The notes below the pieces were generated by a model, which saw only the letters and a list, made by a program, of their open reading frames with translations, did not search any database and was not told the origin of the DNA. The position numbers and the translations under genes were made by a program. Positions 13,930 to 26,149 of a stretch of 64,000 nucleotides of DNA are shown here, one piece after another; position 1 is the stretch's first letter; each line of letters opens with the position of its first letter. The stretch lies in NCBI RefSeq assembly GCF_009914755.1, contig NC_060934.1; one strand, given 5' to 3'. This stretch comes from the human T2T-CHM13v2.0 reference genome, Homo sapiens.

Positions 13930-14410
13930 CAACTTAGTCCAGATTCCATAGATTCAACCAGAGAAGTCGAATTGGTAGGATATATACATATCCTGATCAA
14001 TATACACACACGCTCATGCACATATATATGTGTTTGTGCACATACACATATTAAGAGATTTATTACAAGAAACTGTCTTACACAGTTATTAGGAGCTGGA
14101 TAAGCAAGACCAACTCCATAGAGATGGCCAGGAAGGAATGATCACTAGCAGCAGGAACTCCAGGGACATGAGTCAAAGAAAGCTGTTGTTCATAGACAAA
14201 ATTTTTTCTTTCTCTTGAGTATTCCTAGCCTTGCTTTCAAGGCCTTCCAACTGATTAATTTAGGCCCAGTTTGACTTGTCAGCATATTCTTCTTTATACA
14301 AAACCAGCCAATTAGAAACTTTAATTACATTTGCAAATTCCCTTTTATTTCAGCACCTAAAGTTGGTTTGATTGTGGATCGTAGCCCAGCCAATTTGACA
14401 CACCATGCCA
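13930..14410 (-). mobile_element. MLT2-type (ERVL) LTR
   Basis: 'tcaaccagagaag...gagatttattacaagaa...aggccttccaactgatt...gtagcccagccaatttgacac'. Confidence 0.7.
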
Positions 14411-17116
14411 TGACCCCTTTCCTTTTGAACCTACAATTAACTTACAAATATGATTCTTTCTGGCTCAAACTGACCTATCCTTTAGGAACTATTGATTCTA
14501 AAATTCTATGGGTCAGTGGGACAGATAGTGGAGGGGAGGCCTTCATTCACCTTTCATTTAAACTGTGTTTCAAGGTCCTCATTAACATATTGAAAGTGAG
14601 TAATTATCCAGTTGATATTCTGCATGGAGAGTAAGAAGGCTCTAAGCACAATTATTTCAAAATTGAATATTATTAACTATTAACAGAGGTTGTTAATAAG
14701 CATATGAATTTGCAGGAAATTTTCCTTTCCGTACCAATGATAAGAATTCAATTTCTCAAGTAATATCTGAATGCTTTATGCTTTTTAATTGACAGATGGG
14801 AGAAATTTGGTGTATAAATCTGATGCGATTATGAAAGCTCATATTTGATATGGCATCAGATACATTTATTTTCCATATAAATGAGAAATTGCTATTTATA
14901 TTTAGCAGTGGTTATGCTGGTTTTCCATCTTTGATCAGGAAGAAAGGGACCTATCATGGTCTAAGTTTTGTGACCTCATCAGGCAACTCTGGATGTTTAA
15001 AAACAACCTGATCCCTGAAGTCAGAGTGTGAGAGTTAGAGATGGGGGAAACATCTCATGGTGGATCTGACCATTTTGAATAATGTAATTTAGGTTTGGGG
15101 ATTTTGCTCTTCCCCCCCAATTCCACACTCTTCTCAATTAGTGACTTTATAATTTGAAATCATTTTGAATTCACTGAGTACATCCATTCCCCACCACCTG
15201 CATTCTAGATAAATAGCCTCTGTGAAGATGATGATATGGTGTTATTGTAATAAATTTGAAATAGGCCTTGATGCAGAATTCTTCTTAGGGAAGGGGGGAA
15301 ATAAACTATGACAAAATCCCAAATCACATATTGATTAGATATATTTTAAAATAAGTGACATATCGTCCTAATTCTCTAAAGCAGACCCTATCAGTTACTT
15401 CCAAATGATTTTGGAGGACTTTCCATTGTACCACATTGACTGTTCAATTAGATGCTTAACCACTGAATTAGAGGGTTTATTTTTTCTTTATAAACTTTAG
15501 CCCAGGGAACAAATACTTTTAAGGTCAAAATCATCGTGGCTATAATCATTTTGAAGCTTCAGTAGTTTCTGTGTTTGTATATAGGAAAGACCCAAAACAG
15601 TTAAAATATTGACTCTTCTTGTTGTCACCATTAGAGAAAGTTGTCCTTCCATGTATATGAGAGTGTGGGTTAAGTGCTTCATTTTTAATGAGTATGTCAA
15701 TCCTTCTTTCAATTTGATTTTTGAAGTTTTTAGTTTTGCCGTTAATGGGAACATGGAGGGCCTGCAATTGATATACATACAGGCAATATAACTACCATTT
15801 GTATTCCTAATCAAATCTCCCTAAATGCTTGTTTTATGTGAAAAAAATTAATATTATTCCCTGAAAAGCAAACCAGCCATCCATTTTTTCTATATACTCT
15901 AGTGTAATCTGTGTTGCATTGACTCTTTTCTACACCACAATTCCAAGACCTGAATTCCTTGTGAAAGCTTCCTCTTGTGATTGGGGGAAAGGTTGGATCA
16001 GAAATAAAAAAATCAAGCATAGTCAACTATCTGATCAACATCCATGTAGCATCTGACACACATAGTCGTTCGGAAAGATGCCTAGCAGAAGAGAGACTGA
16101 AGTAGTAGGTATTTAGTAGATCTTCTGGCCGCCTGGGCAGATTCTTTGGATTTGCTTGTGTCCACAAAGCACCTCTCTCTCTCTACAGACACCAGGGCTT
16201 CCCAGTCACTATTACTGCCCCTGTAGCGTAGCACTGCTATGTTCTTCCCAGTTCTTTCATCTCTTCCCTGAGCTAAAGTCATGGGACTTCTCGGGTGCTA
16301 ACATTGTGCCCTGATTTTTGCAACTAATGAAAATTATTTTTCTTCTTTATGTTACACTTTGCTACAGAGGTTCCAAAATGAGACTCTGCTCCAATGCATT
16401 ACAGAATTATTCCTTATTACCTTTCCAATCTTCTCTCTAATCCTGTTTGCTACCAAGACATACAAGTTAAGAGAAGACGATTATTTCCACACCTCAAAAA
16501 TGAGTATAGTGGTGGCTGGGGTGCACAATGGAAATATGTTCTATTCAGATTTCCCTCTCCCCATAGATAACTAAACTTTGGTCCGTAGACCAAAATTTTA
16601 TGTTTTTTTTATGATTTTCCATTGTAAGAAGGTATAGTTTTAAAACTCTCTTTTTCATGCAAATAAGATTCCAGTGACCCTGCTCCCTTCATATTGTCAG
16701 ATTTGTTTGACACTCACTCATGGACATAGTTTAGGTTCAAGCTATGTCCTAAACTATGCTTGATTTTATTCCTTGGTCAAGTGAGACCCCCAGAGAATTT
16801 ACTTATTTGACCTTAGAAAATGAATGTTTCTCAATCATCAGCTCTTCTCCATGCATCCATCCACCTCATTTGTCCTTACAGAAAAATGGAACCTCAAAGT
16901 CAGAAATACAGAATTTGCTACTGTGCCTCTTTTAAAGTTGTGATTGAGATTTGTCTGACATCTCACTTATTATTTGCCCTCTTTAATAAAACCTGGTTAT
17001 GCATGTAGGGCCATTTCTTTCTCTCATGCATCTGAATCAAAACAAACAGATAAATAAAACTTTACTTCTAAGAAAATTCAATTCTGTAACACTTACTGGA
17101 ACAAATGACCTTTGTA

Positions 17117-17150
17117 TCAGATTGGTGCAAAAGTAATAGTGGTGTTTGCC
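17117..17150 (+). mobile_element. Half MADE1 (mariner-derived MITE)
   Basis: TA + 'tcagattggtgcaaaagtaatagtggtgtttgcc' matches the left arm of MADE1. Confidence 0.7.
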
Positions 17151-17694
17151 TAAGAATTGATCATCTTCCTAAGAATTGATCATCTTCCTATCTTTGCTAG
17201 GAAAGTTGATATAGCATTTCTGGCTGATCTTTAGTTAATATGTAAAATCATTTTGCATAGTTTCTCTAAATTAACATACTAAATTCTACTGCCTCATGTT
17301 ATTGTCTATGCCTATGCTCCACATCTTTTCTCTATCTTCTTTTCTCTTTTTATTCATTCCCATTGAATGTGTTGCATATATTTTTATAAATCATCTAAGA
17401 TCATTTTGGAAAGTAGTGGAGTAGGATTAAATTTAATTTCATATACAAAATTACATAATGTTTTAATGTAAAGGGGACTAGACTGGCGAATCCCTGCAGC
17501 TTCATAGAAAGTGGATAGTGTGGTGACCTCAGATTCCTGCTAAAGACCTAGGGATCTTAGCAGAAGACATAACAATTTTATATCTGGAGTATGGGTCCAG
17601 GAATAAAATGTTATGCAGAAGAGTTAAAATGTATTTTATTTTCTGTGTTTGTTAGTGTTTTATTTTACACATAAAAGAGATTAACCATTGCTAT

Positions 17695-18392
17695 TGAAGC
17701 AGCCTCGTTGTCTGAGGTATTGCCCAGAGCTCCTTGTCTCACAACCAAGAAAAATAAGGAGCGTGGACACTAAGGGTGAGGTTGGCGTGAAAGTTTCATA
17801 AGAGAAGGAGAAAAGTTCTCCACAGTGGAGAGGGGGACATGAAAGAGGATTTCCAACCATGAGGCTTAGTCCGGGGTTTTTATGGACTGGAAGGGGAGGA
17901 ATGTGCTGACTGGTCTGCAGGCTGTTTTGGAGAAAGCAGCACTGAGAAAGAGGTATGATAGTGTAAAGAGCCAGTTGGAGGCGGAGGTGAAGGCTTGGCC
18001 TGGGATCAATCAGCAGCTGAAGAAAAAGCTTGGCTGGAACCTTCACTAGGGATGAATCAGGGGCTAAAGTGATGATTCACTCCATGTAAATGAAGACTTA
18101 GCCTGCAGCCAATTACAAAAAGGTAGACATATGTAAAACAGATGAAAAGTAAGAGACCAATAGGTGAAAAATAAGGAACTAAGGCATGCCAAGGAGAGAT
18201 AAATGTGTCCAAAAAAGGGTGGAATTTGTTGATCAGGGTTCACAGAATAAGCATTTCCATTCAAGGACATGGGCTCTTTCTTATCTGGGACCTGCAGTTT
18301 GATTTTCAGGCTGTTCTTTGTTTGGAGGAGTTTTACCAATGATCCATCCCAACTGGCTTCCTGAGACTGGCTTCTTACTGTGTTCTCTCTTA
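17695..18392 (-). mobile_element. ERV1 MER4-group solo LTR (MER50/LTR27/LTR28-like)
   Basis: 698 bp; 'ggagcgtggacactaagggtgaggttgg' and 'ctgcagtttgattttcaggctgttc'; 4 bp TSD CTAT at 17691-17694 and 18393-18396. Confidence 0.85.
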
Positions 18393-18396
18393 CTAT

Positions 18397-18808
18397 GAAC
18401 TCTTTTTTTCCAGAAAACATGTCTGTGTAAAGCTGGGTTTTTTAGTTTTTGTTTTGTTTGGTTGTGTTATTTTATATTTCAACTCAAACAATATATTGCA
18501 ACAGATTAGATACAGGAATAGATTATCCTCTATTATGATATACATGAAAGATATTTGAAAAAACTGAAACAATTACAGTATTTATTAATATTTTCTGCTT
18601 AAAAAATTAAATTTTATAAAATACATTATGATAATTTACAATGGATTTATTATTATTGTACAAAGATAAAGATGTTTTAATTTTTTTGTTTTAATTTATA
18701 ATGGAGTAAATATTGATAGACAAAGCTTCCATAAACAAAAGCTCCTTGGGTGTCTCAATATTTTTAAAGAGTATAAAAGGCCTTTCAGCAAAATGTAGGA
18801 ACCGCTGT
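18397..18808 (+). mobile_element. Charlie1 (hAT) 3' fragment
   Basis: 'gcaacagattagatacagg...cataaacaaaagctccttgggtgtctcaat...gaaccgctg'. Confidence 0.7.
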
Positions 18809-18942
18809 GTCATATATTATTGCTTTAAATGAGTCATTTATATATTCGTCCATTTGACATTTTAAAATTTTACCTGTGTACTCATCAACTACAGAGTTTG
18901 TGTCTCTTACATCTTAGTATCATACATAATGCCTATCATGGG

Positions 18943-18945
<3 letters not shown>

Positions 18946-18980
<35 letters not shown>
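18946..18980. repeat. (TG)17 microsatellite
   Basis: Pure TG run. Confidence 0.97.
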
Positions 18981-18983
<3 letters not shown>

Positions 18984-19477
18984 TATTGTCATTGTATCAG
19001 GCATGTAAGTAGAAAATGTGTATTGAATTAAAATTATATCAAATTCATCCATACATCAAATATTAATTCAGTGCTCACAATGTGCTAGTTGATGTTCCAG
19101 GTATCCGACTTAAAGAAAAGAGATATAAAACTACTTAAAGAAAAGAGATATAAATTCTGGCATTAATGAAACATAATGTAGCAGCAATTTGGCCTTGTTT
19201 TCATTTTAAAAGGATTATGGACCTGAAGATACTTAAGAAAGTATCTTCAGAGGTATCTTCTCCATATCTTAAGAAAGCATTTAATAAGTGGAAAAGTTGT
19301 GAAATACAGAGAGAGAATTTGGTCCAATGGCTTTGTAATTGGTTAAATGAAGAGAGCTAGAAATTGATGAGTAGTCCATCTGCTTCACCCAGCATGAAGA
19401 CATTTTAGAAGCAGATCTTGGGGCTCCTTCCTAAACTCATCTTATTTAACAATTATGATCATGTACAAGTCAGCAAA

Positions 19478-19685
19478 GAGCAGTGATTAATGAGGCTAGC
19501 CTCTGAAGAAAGGTATCCTGGGTGAAATTAAACTGTGCAACTTATAACCTTGGGCAAGTCACATTCCTTCTCTGTCCCTCAATTTCCTCATTTGTAATAT
19601 GGGGTTAAGAATAGTATACACCTACCACAAAGGGTTGTTTTAAGGATTAAATGAATTATTATTTCTAGACATTACATAAGTGTAT
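19478..19685 (+). mobile_element. MIR SINE
   Basis: Core 'accttgggcaagtcac...tctctgtccctcaatttcctcatttgtaatatgggg...aggattaaatga'. Confidence 0.85.
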
Positions 19686-19914
19686 GTTCTACTAATTTAC
19701 AGAAAGTAAATGGTTAGAAGCATATAAATATTTATTATTTATTTAGATATCTGGGAAATTATTATTTCTTAAAATGGCTGTATTAAAAGGATATGATAAG
19801 CCATTAAACCTGAAAAAAGTCTAGGTAATATAGGGGAAACAATATTGAGAGAAAGTCCTGTGCTGAAAGAAACTACTGCAATTATACTATGAGCTTTCTG
19901 CCAATTATTACAGG

Positions 19915-20320
19915 TAGTTTTCAAAATTTTAGATGACATAAAGCTAGGAGAGACAGCAAGTTGGGTAACAGAATCTAAAACAGTCTGTATAGTTTTGCAT
20001 ATTGGGTCAAATCTGGTAGGATTAAATTTAACATAGAAAAAAATGTAAGTCTTAAAACTTGGAATCCTAAAAGAAGCAATATATATTTCATAATGTAATT
20101 GATTGTAGGCTCTGTATAAGACAATTAATAAGTTACCAAAAAAAAAAAAAACTTACAGGAATGTAGTGTCTTGATCAATTAAAATAATAGTACAACTTTA
20201 CAGTGGTCAGTCAATCCCTATGCTAATTTCAGGAGACCATTGTACAAGTAGGGCAGAGTTCAGCAAAACAAGTATGAGACCGAGTTGATTTGAAACTCTT
20301 CCATTAGGAACTGAGGAGTA
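19915..20320 (+). mobile_element. L3/CR1 LINE relic
   Basis: 'aaattttagatgacataaagctagga...aaatttaacatagaaaaaaatgtaagtc' resembles the CR1 RT region. Confidence 0.5.
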
Positions 20321-21742
20321 ATAGAAATAGTAATTTACCTTAACTGCGTACCATTCAGTAATCTCAACATATCCACATGCTCTGACACTCAGCAGAGCAC
20401 TCAGCTGCAATACTCAATTGGGTTGGAAGCCATAACCCCACATATCCCTGGCTTCTTCCTGACCTCTTCCCAATTCTATTTATTGGCTTAATCAAAGGCA
20501 TTCCTAAGTCCCACCTTTTTCTTAATTATTTTTTGTTTACAGCATTTAGTTTCTGGGTTCTAATCATTCTGAGACTTTAACAGGATGTGTCCTCTGGAGC
20601 TCCTCCTTTCAACCAGGAGAAGTGGAATTTCATTCCTAGTGAACTCTAAAGTGTGACTCCATTTTCCCCAAGGTATAAATTTGGATAAGATAATAGTGGT
20701 AACCCCTGAAAGCAAACCTACAACTAAAGGTAGAAGAGTAATGGAGGAGGAAGAGTTTTGATTAAGAACAACTTCCTAAGATCTGAAAACACCTGAGATT
20801 AGAGTGAACCTTGTCGGAACAACTGACTTTCCCATTTCTACAGATATTTCAGAAGTTTGTTCTTTCACTTGTGGAATTCTTGAAGCAACAATTTAAAAAT
20901 CATACAGTAAATTATACAGTCTTTTTTCTGAGCTATTTTCAAAACTTACGAATGTGTGATTTTACGGGAATTTTTAGAAAGAATTATATGCAACAGATCA
21001 CGTTGGTTATAATTGTGAGGATCAGAAAATAGAGCTGAAGGTTTACATATAATACGACATGAATATGAGCTATATTTTGGTTGGTTAAGTAAAGTATGGA
21101 AAATTATCTTAACAATTCAAGGAAGAGACTGAGATTCACCCAGGTAACTGAAACAGTGCATTCTTTATATTAATGATCTAGATAAATGCTTCATTTTTCA
21201 CTCATTTCTCTGTGTCAAAACATAACTTTATCTTTAACTTGGAATATTTTATATTTATTCATTTTGTTAGGTAGAAATTGATAACATAGTCTTCCAGAAG
21301 CAGGTTGTTAAAAGTAATGAAATTGCTTTTAATAAGACAATACATAAATTTAAAGTATCAAAGAGAAGTTAGTCTATTAATATATAAATATAATGTCATA
21401 CAAAATTTTATTTTATGTATCATGACCATAAAATGAAATTTATTTTTTTCTCTTTTATCAGCTTAATTAAGAAGTCTCTAACCAAGCTAATATATTAAAC
21501 AACATTAAGACTAAAATTAAGTAAAAATATTTGATGCCATATATGATTAAAACATGAATTATGCAGAACTACAAAATAAAAAAGCACTAGGAATGGGTTT
21601 CTTGAAGTATCTTTCATACCACCTGAAAAGGTTGGTTTTTCTAACATTAAATTTAGAAATGGATTGAACATGTTTTCATTTTATAATGTAATAGTTATTG
21701 AATTGTTAAAAAAGAAAAAAAAAAAAACAAAAAAAAACTTTT

Positions 21743-22069
<327 letters not shown>

Positions 22070-22609
22070 TCACTTGCTCTCTCAGAAGTATAAAACAACA
22101 ATTGATGCCAGGATATATTCTATGTGTCAGATTCATTCTGCTTTTAACGTTAGTATTGAGCTCACATAACATTATAATTTTTTTGGTATGTGCACATTTT
22201 AAGTCTTTAACTGTGATGACTTTAGAAGAAACATGAATAGAAGCCTTGCCTGTGACAGAGTCTAGAGAACAGCCATTATGTCTCTGTATACAGCATGCAC
22301 ACCTCTATTGAAAGCACTAGTATATGGCTAAACACTTTATTCTTCTCTGAATCTCCTCCTTGTTTGCAAAATAACAATCTGGCTATTATTAATCAATCTT
22401 TGTTGCTAATCAGATTTATATTTCAACCTATGCTATCAACCCTGTTCTGCCTAAAATGCAGCCCTACTCTTTTCTAGATACTGAAAGATAGTTTTTTCTT
22501 TGGTAGAGCTCAATAGCTTCAGTTCGTTTCTTCATTCAACATGTATCGACTGCCTACATTTTCTAATAAAGCCAAGCACTTTATTAGAAACTGAAGAGAC
22601 TGTGATCAC

Positions 22610-23119
22610 AGCAATGGCTAATTTTATATGTCAGCCTGACAGGGCTGTAGGGCCCAGGTTTGGTTCAGAATCATTATTATATATCATTATTCTGGGTGTT
22701 TCTGTGATGTTGGAGGAGATATGCATTTAAATCAGTAGACTTAGAGTAAAACACATTGCCCTCCATAATATGGATGGGCTTTTTCTAATCAGCTGAAGGC
22801 CTAACTAGAACAAAAGGCTGGTCTCCCCAAGGAAGAAGGAACCTTCCTACAGATGGCCATCAGACTTCATTCGCAACATTGGCTCTTCCTGGTTCTACAG
22901 CAGATGGCCTTTGGACTCAAACTGCAATTCTTTCTTTCTTATGTCTTCAGCCTGATGGCCTAACCTCATCAGATATTCGTCTTATAAGCTTGCACAAGTG
23001 TGTAAGCCAATCCCTTAAAATAAATCTGTTCATTTATATCTACAGGCACACACACACACACACAAACACACCCACACACAAAATTGGTTCCGTGTCTCTG
23101 GAGAACCCTGACTACTACA
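22610..23119 (+). mobile_element. MLT2B-type (ERVL) LTR, apparently inserted in an L2 relic
   Basis: 'atggctaattttatatgtcagcctgac...attgccctccataat...agccaatcccttaaaataaatc...ctggagaaccctgactactaca'. Confidence 0.85.
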
Positions 23120-23685
23120 GGAACCAGAACATGGTCACATAACCCAAATCTTACTGGGTTGGAGAAGACTTCCTCAAGGGCACGGGCCTTGAAATGTGTT
23201 CCCAGACATTAAGGAGCTTACTAGTCAGCAGTAGTGACAAATACATTGGTCAATAAATGTAATGTAGAGTGGAAAAGTATAATAATGGATATATACATGT
23301 GGATAGAATGATGTATGAAAGTGTAGAAATCTACAGAGATTGGGAGTGATGTTGCTGAAGAGAAGCTGCTAAAGCTTTGTCTTAAAACCAAGTAAGACTT
23401 TAAGTCCATGGAGAAGCACTTAGTCCTTGTAAGAAAAGGTAGCATCCTAAAGCAGGGAAAACAGGATTGACAACACAGACTTGAAGATCAATTAATGATT
23501 GTTCTGCTAGAAAATTCAAGGTGGATGAGAAGCAAGTCATGAGTTAAAGGTAGTGGCCCATCAAGCCAGGAGCCCAGCTAAACAGCACACACTCTCTCAA
23601 CCATACAATGTACCAGACAGGAAAACTCCATTTTAAAGCAATTGCCCTAGTATGCAATATTCCCTTCTTACTCAACTCTATTCTC

Positions 23686-23968
<283 letters not shown>

Positions 23969-25759
23969 TTATCATGGACACTCAGCTGTCTTTTCTCTGG
24001 TATTTGCCCATTCTTCATTACCCTCCACACATATCTTGACTGGTCCTAGTATGTCAAAGGCTATAGACAATCATGCATTGATTTTTATGTAGTCGACTTG
24101 CTTTTCTGGATACTGCTTATGTGTCGAGTCTTTTGTGATATAATTAAGAAGTTGCAGAGTAAACAAAGCAATGGTTCCCATCCTCCATGTCCATAACAGT
24201 ATAGTGAATGTTAAAGCCTAAAAAAGAGACGAGGAAGCTTACAGTCATGATGATCAGAACTCGGTTTATTTCTATTTTGATCTATTATCAGAGATGATCT
24301 ATAGACTAGAACTTTTTGCACTAATGGTAAAGCTAATTATATTCCACTAAATACAAGGAAATAATTCAGAATGAAATAATTAAAATCACTGCAACATAAA
24401 AATCAATAGCCTGCCAAACAGGGAAAAAATGCTGTTTAACAGAATTTCCATTTCTAAAGTAAATATTAGAGTTAGAGTCATAAGGTAAGATGATTTATTG
24501 TAAAATAACAGCAAGAATAAGTACACTTTGGAGCAATTCTATAAGTAATGTCACAGAATCACCTTCATGAGCTAACTAATTAGCTCATTAAAGCATTCCA
24601 TCTCACTGAGAAGCAGTTCTCCTTGAAGGCTGTCAGCTGTGTGATTGAGTGACATGCAAAATCTCTTGGCATTTTATGGATACGTGATCCTTGGCATTCA
24701 ATAATAAAACTTCTCTTCTCTGTTTGTAGAAGAAGAGCATTCAATTTTCATGGAAATGTCAGATAGATTATATTGTTTTCTTCTATTTATTTTTATTGTT
24801 TTGGTCTGGGATATATTTGAAAGCCTGTCAATGGTGTCCTTTGCAGTTGCTTCAAGAGCCGTAAAACAATTGGTACAATTTGAAAATGCTGATTTATTGT
24901 TGATGCCAAAATATAGACATGTTTTTGAATAAGAAATCATGTGAGATTCATAAATTTCCAGTTGAAGATTAATCATTTCAACTTTTGAGTATTTTTCTTT
25001 TTATGTTAATTTCTCTAAACTTCTAATAAAATCTTAGAGGTAGATTCTTCATATATAGAAAAATGAAATAGGGTCTCTGAATACATTGTATAGCCTACAT
25101 ATTTGCATGTAATAGTTATTCCATAAATGCTTAATGAGAAATGGAAAAATTGTAGTAATTGCTTAATTAACATATTAATATTTTGAGAATTCCCTTTGCC
25201 TAAATTGCTGTCTGATGTCGTTCCAATAATTCTAAATGCATTCTCTGTGGAATTTTTTTTGAACTTCAAGCTCACTTTATTTCTACCTTATTTTCTCCAA
25301 TATTGCACTATTTAACACTTGATCATGATTAATATTAACAAATATTTACCTATATGTCTTAATATTCATTTGAGTTCTAATATATGTAAGTGCAGCGAGG
25401 GTTAATATTACAGAAAGGAGGGAGGGAAGGTGAAAAAAAAGTAAAAGCAAAAAAAAAAAGAGTGAGAATGGTAAACATCTATTAAACTTCAGCTGAAATG
25501 AAAGGAGGCTCATCAATTATTTATCAAGTCATACATATATTCAACTGTAAATGTTTGTAAACCTACCAGATGCTAGAGTGTAGAGGAAGATACTGATGCA
25601 TAAATACTATAGCAGGTGTTAGCAACATTTATAAGTATAGGATGCTATAGGAATATAGAGGAGAGTCACATAACCCAAGTCTATTGGGTTAAAGAAGACT
25701 TTCTCAAGGGCATGATGCCTTGAAATGTGTTAACCAGAGGAATATTCGTGAAGGGCTAT

Positions 25760-26030
25760 GACAGAGATTGTTAATTGCATTCAACCTCTAGTTTCTCTTT
25801 TACATTTAGTAATGAACTCCTTGGCATTGCATCAACTTTATCAGGGCACATGGCCACCCAGATAAAGACTATGATTCCCAGCTAGAGGTTGCCTACATGG
25901 TTAAATGCAATATGAATAGAAATGATGTATTCACCATCTACGCCACTTCCTCAAACAGATGAAATGTGCATGTGATTGTGAACCAGCTTTGACTATAAGG
26001 TCAACCACATGTCCTAGGAAATGACAAAAC
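25760..26030 (+). mobile_element. Old MLT1 LTR fragment
   Basis: 'tgacagagattgttaattg...cacatggccacccagataaagactatgattcccagc'. Confidence 0.45.
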
Positions 26031-26149
26031 AATAAACAAGGAATTCAAGAGGATCTGAAGGATAAGGTCTAAGTACAGGTGCTGTGGGAAAATAGAAGGA
26101 GACCATGGCCCAGTTTTGTTGGGGTATGGATTGCTTCTACATTCATCCA

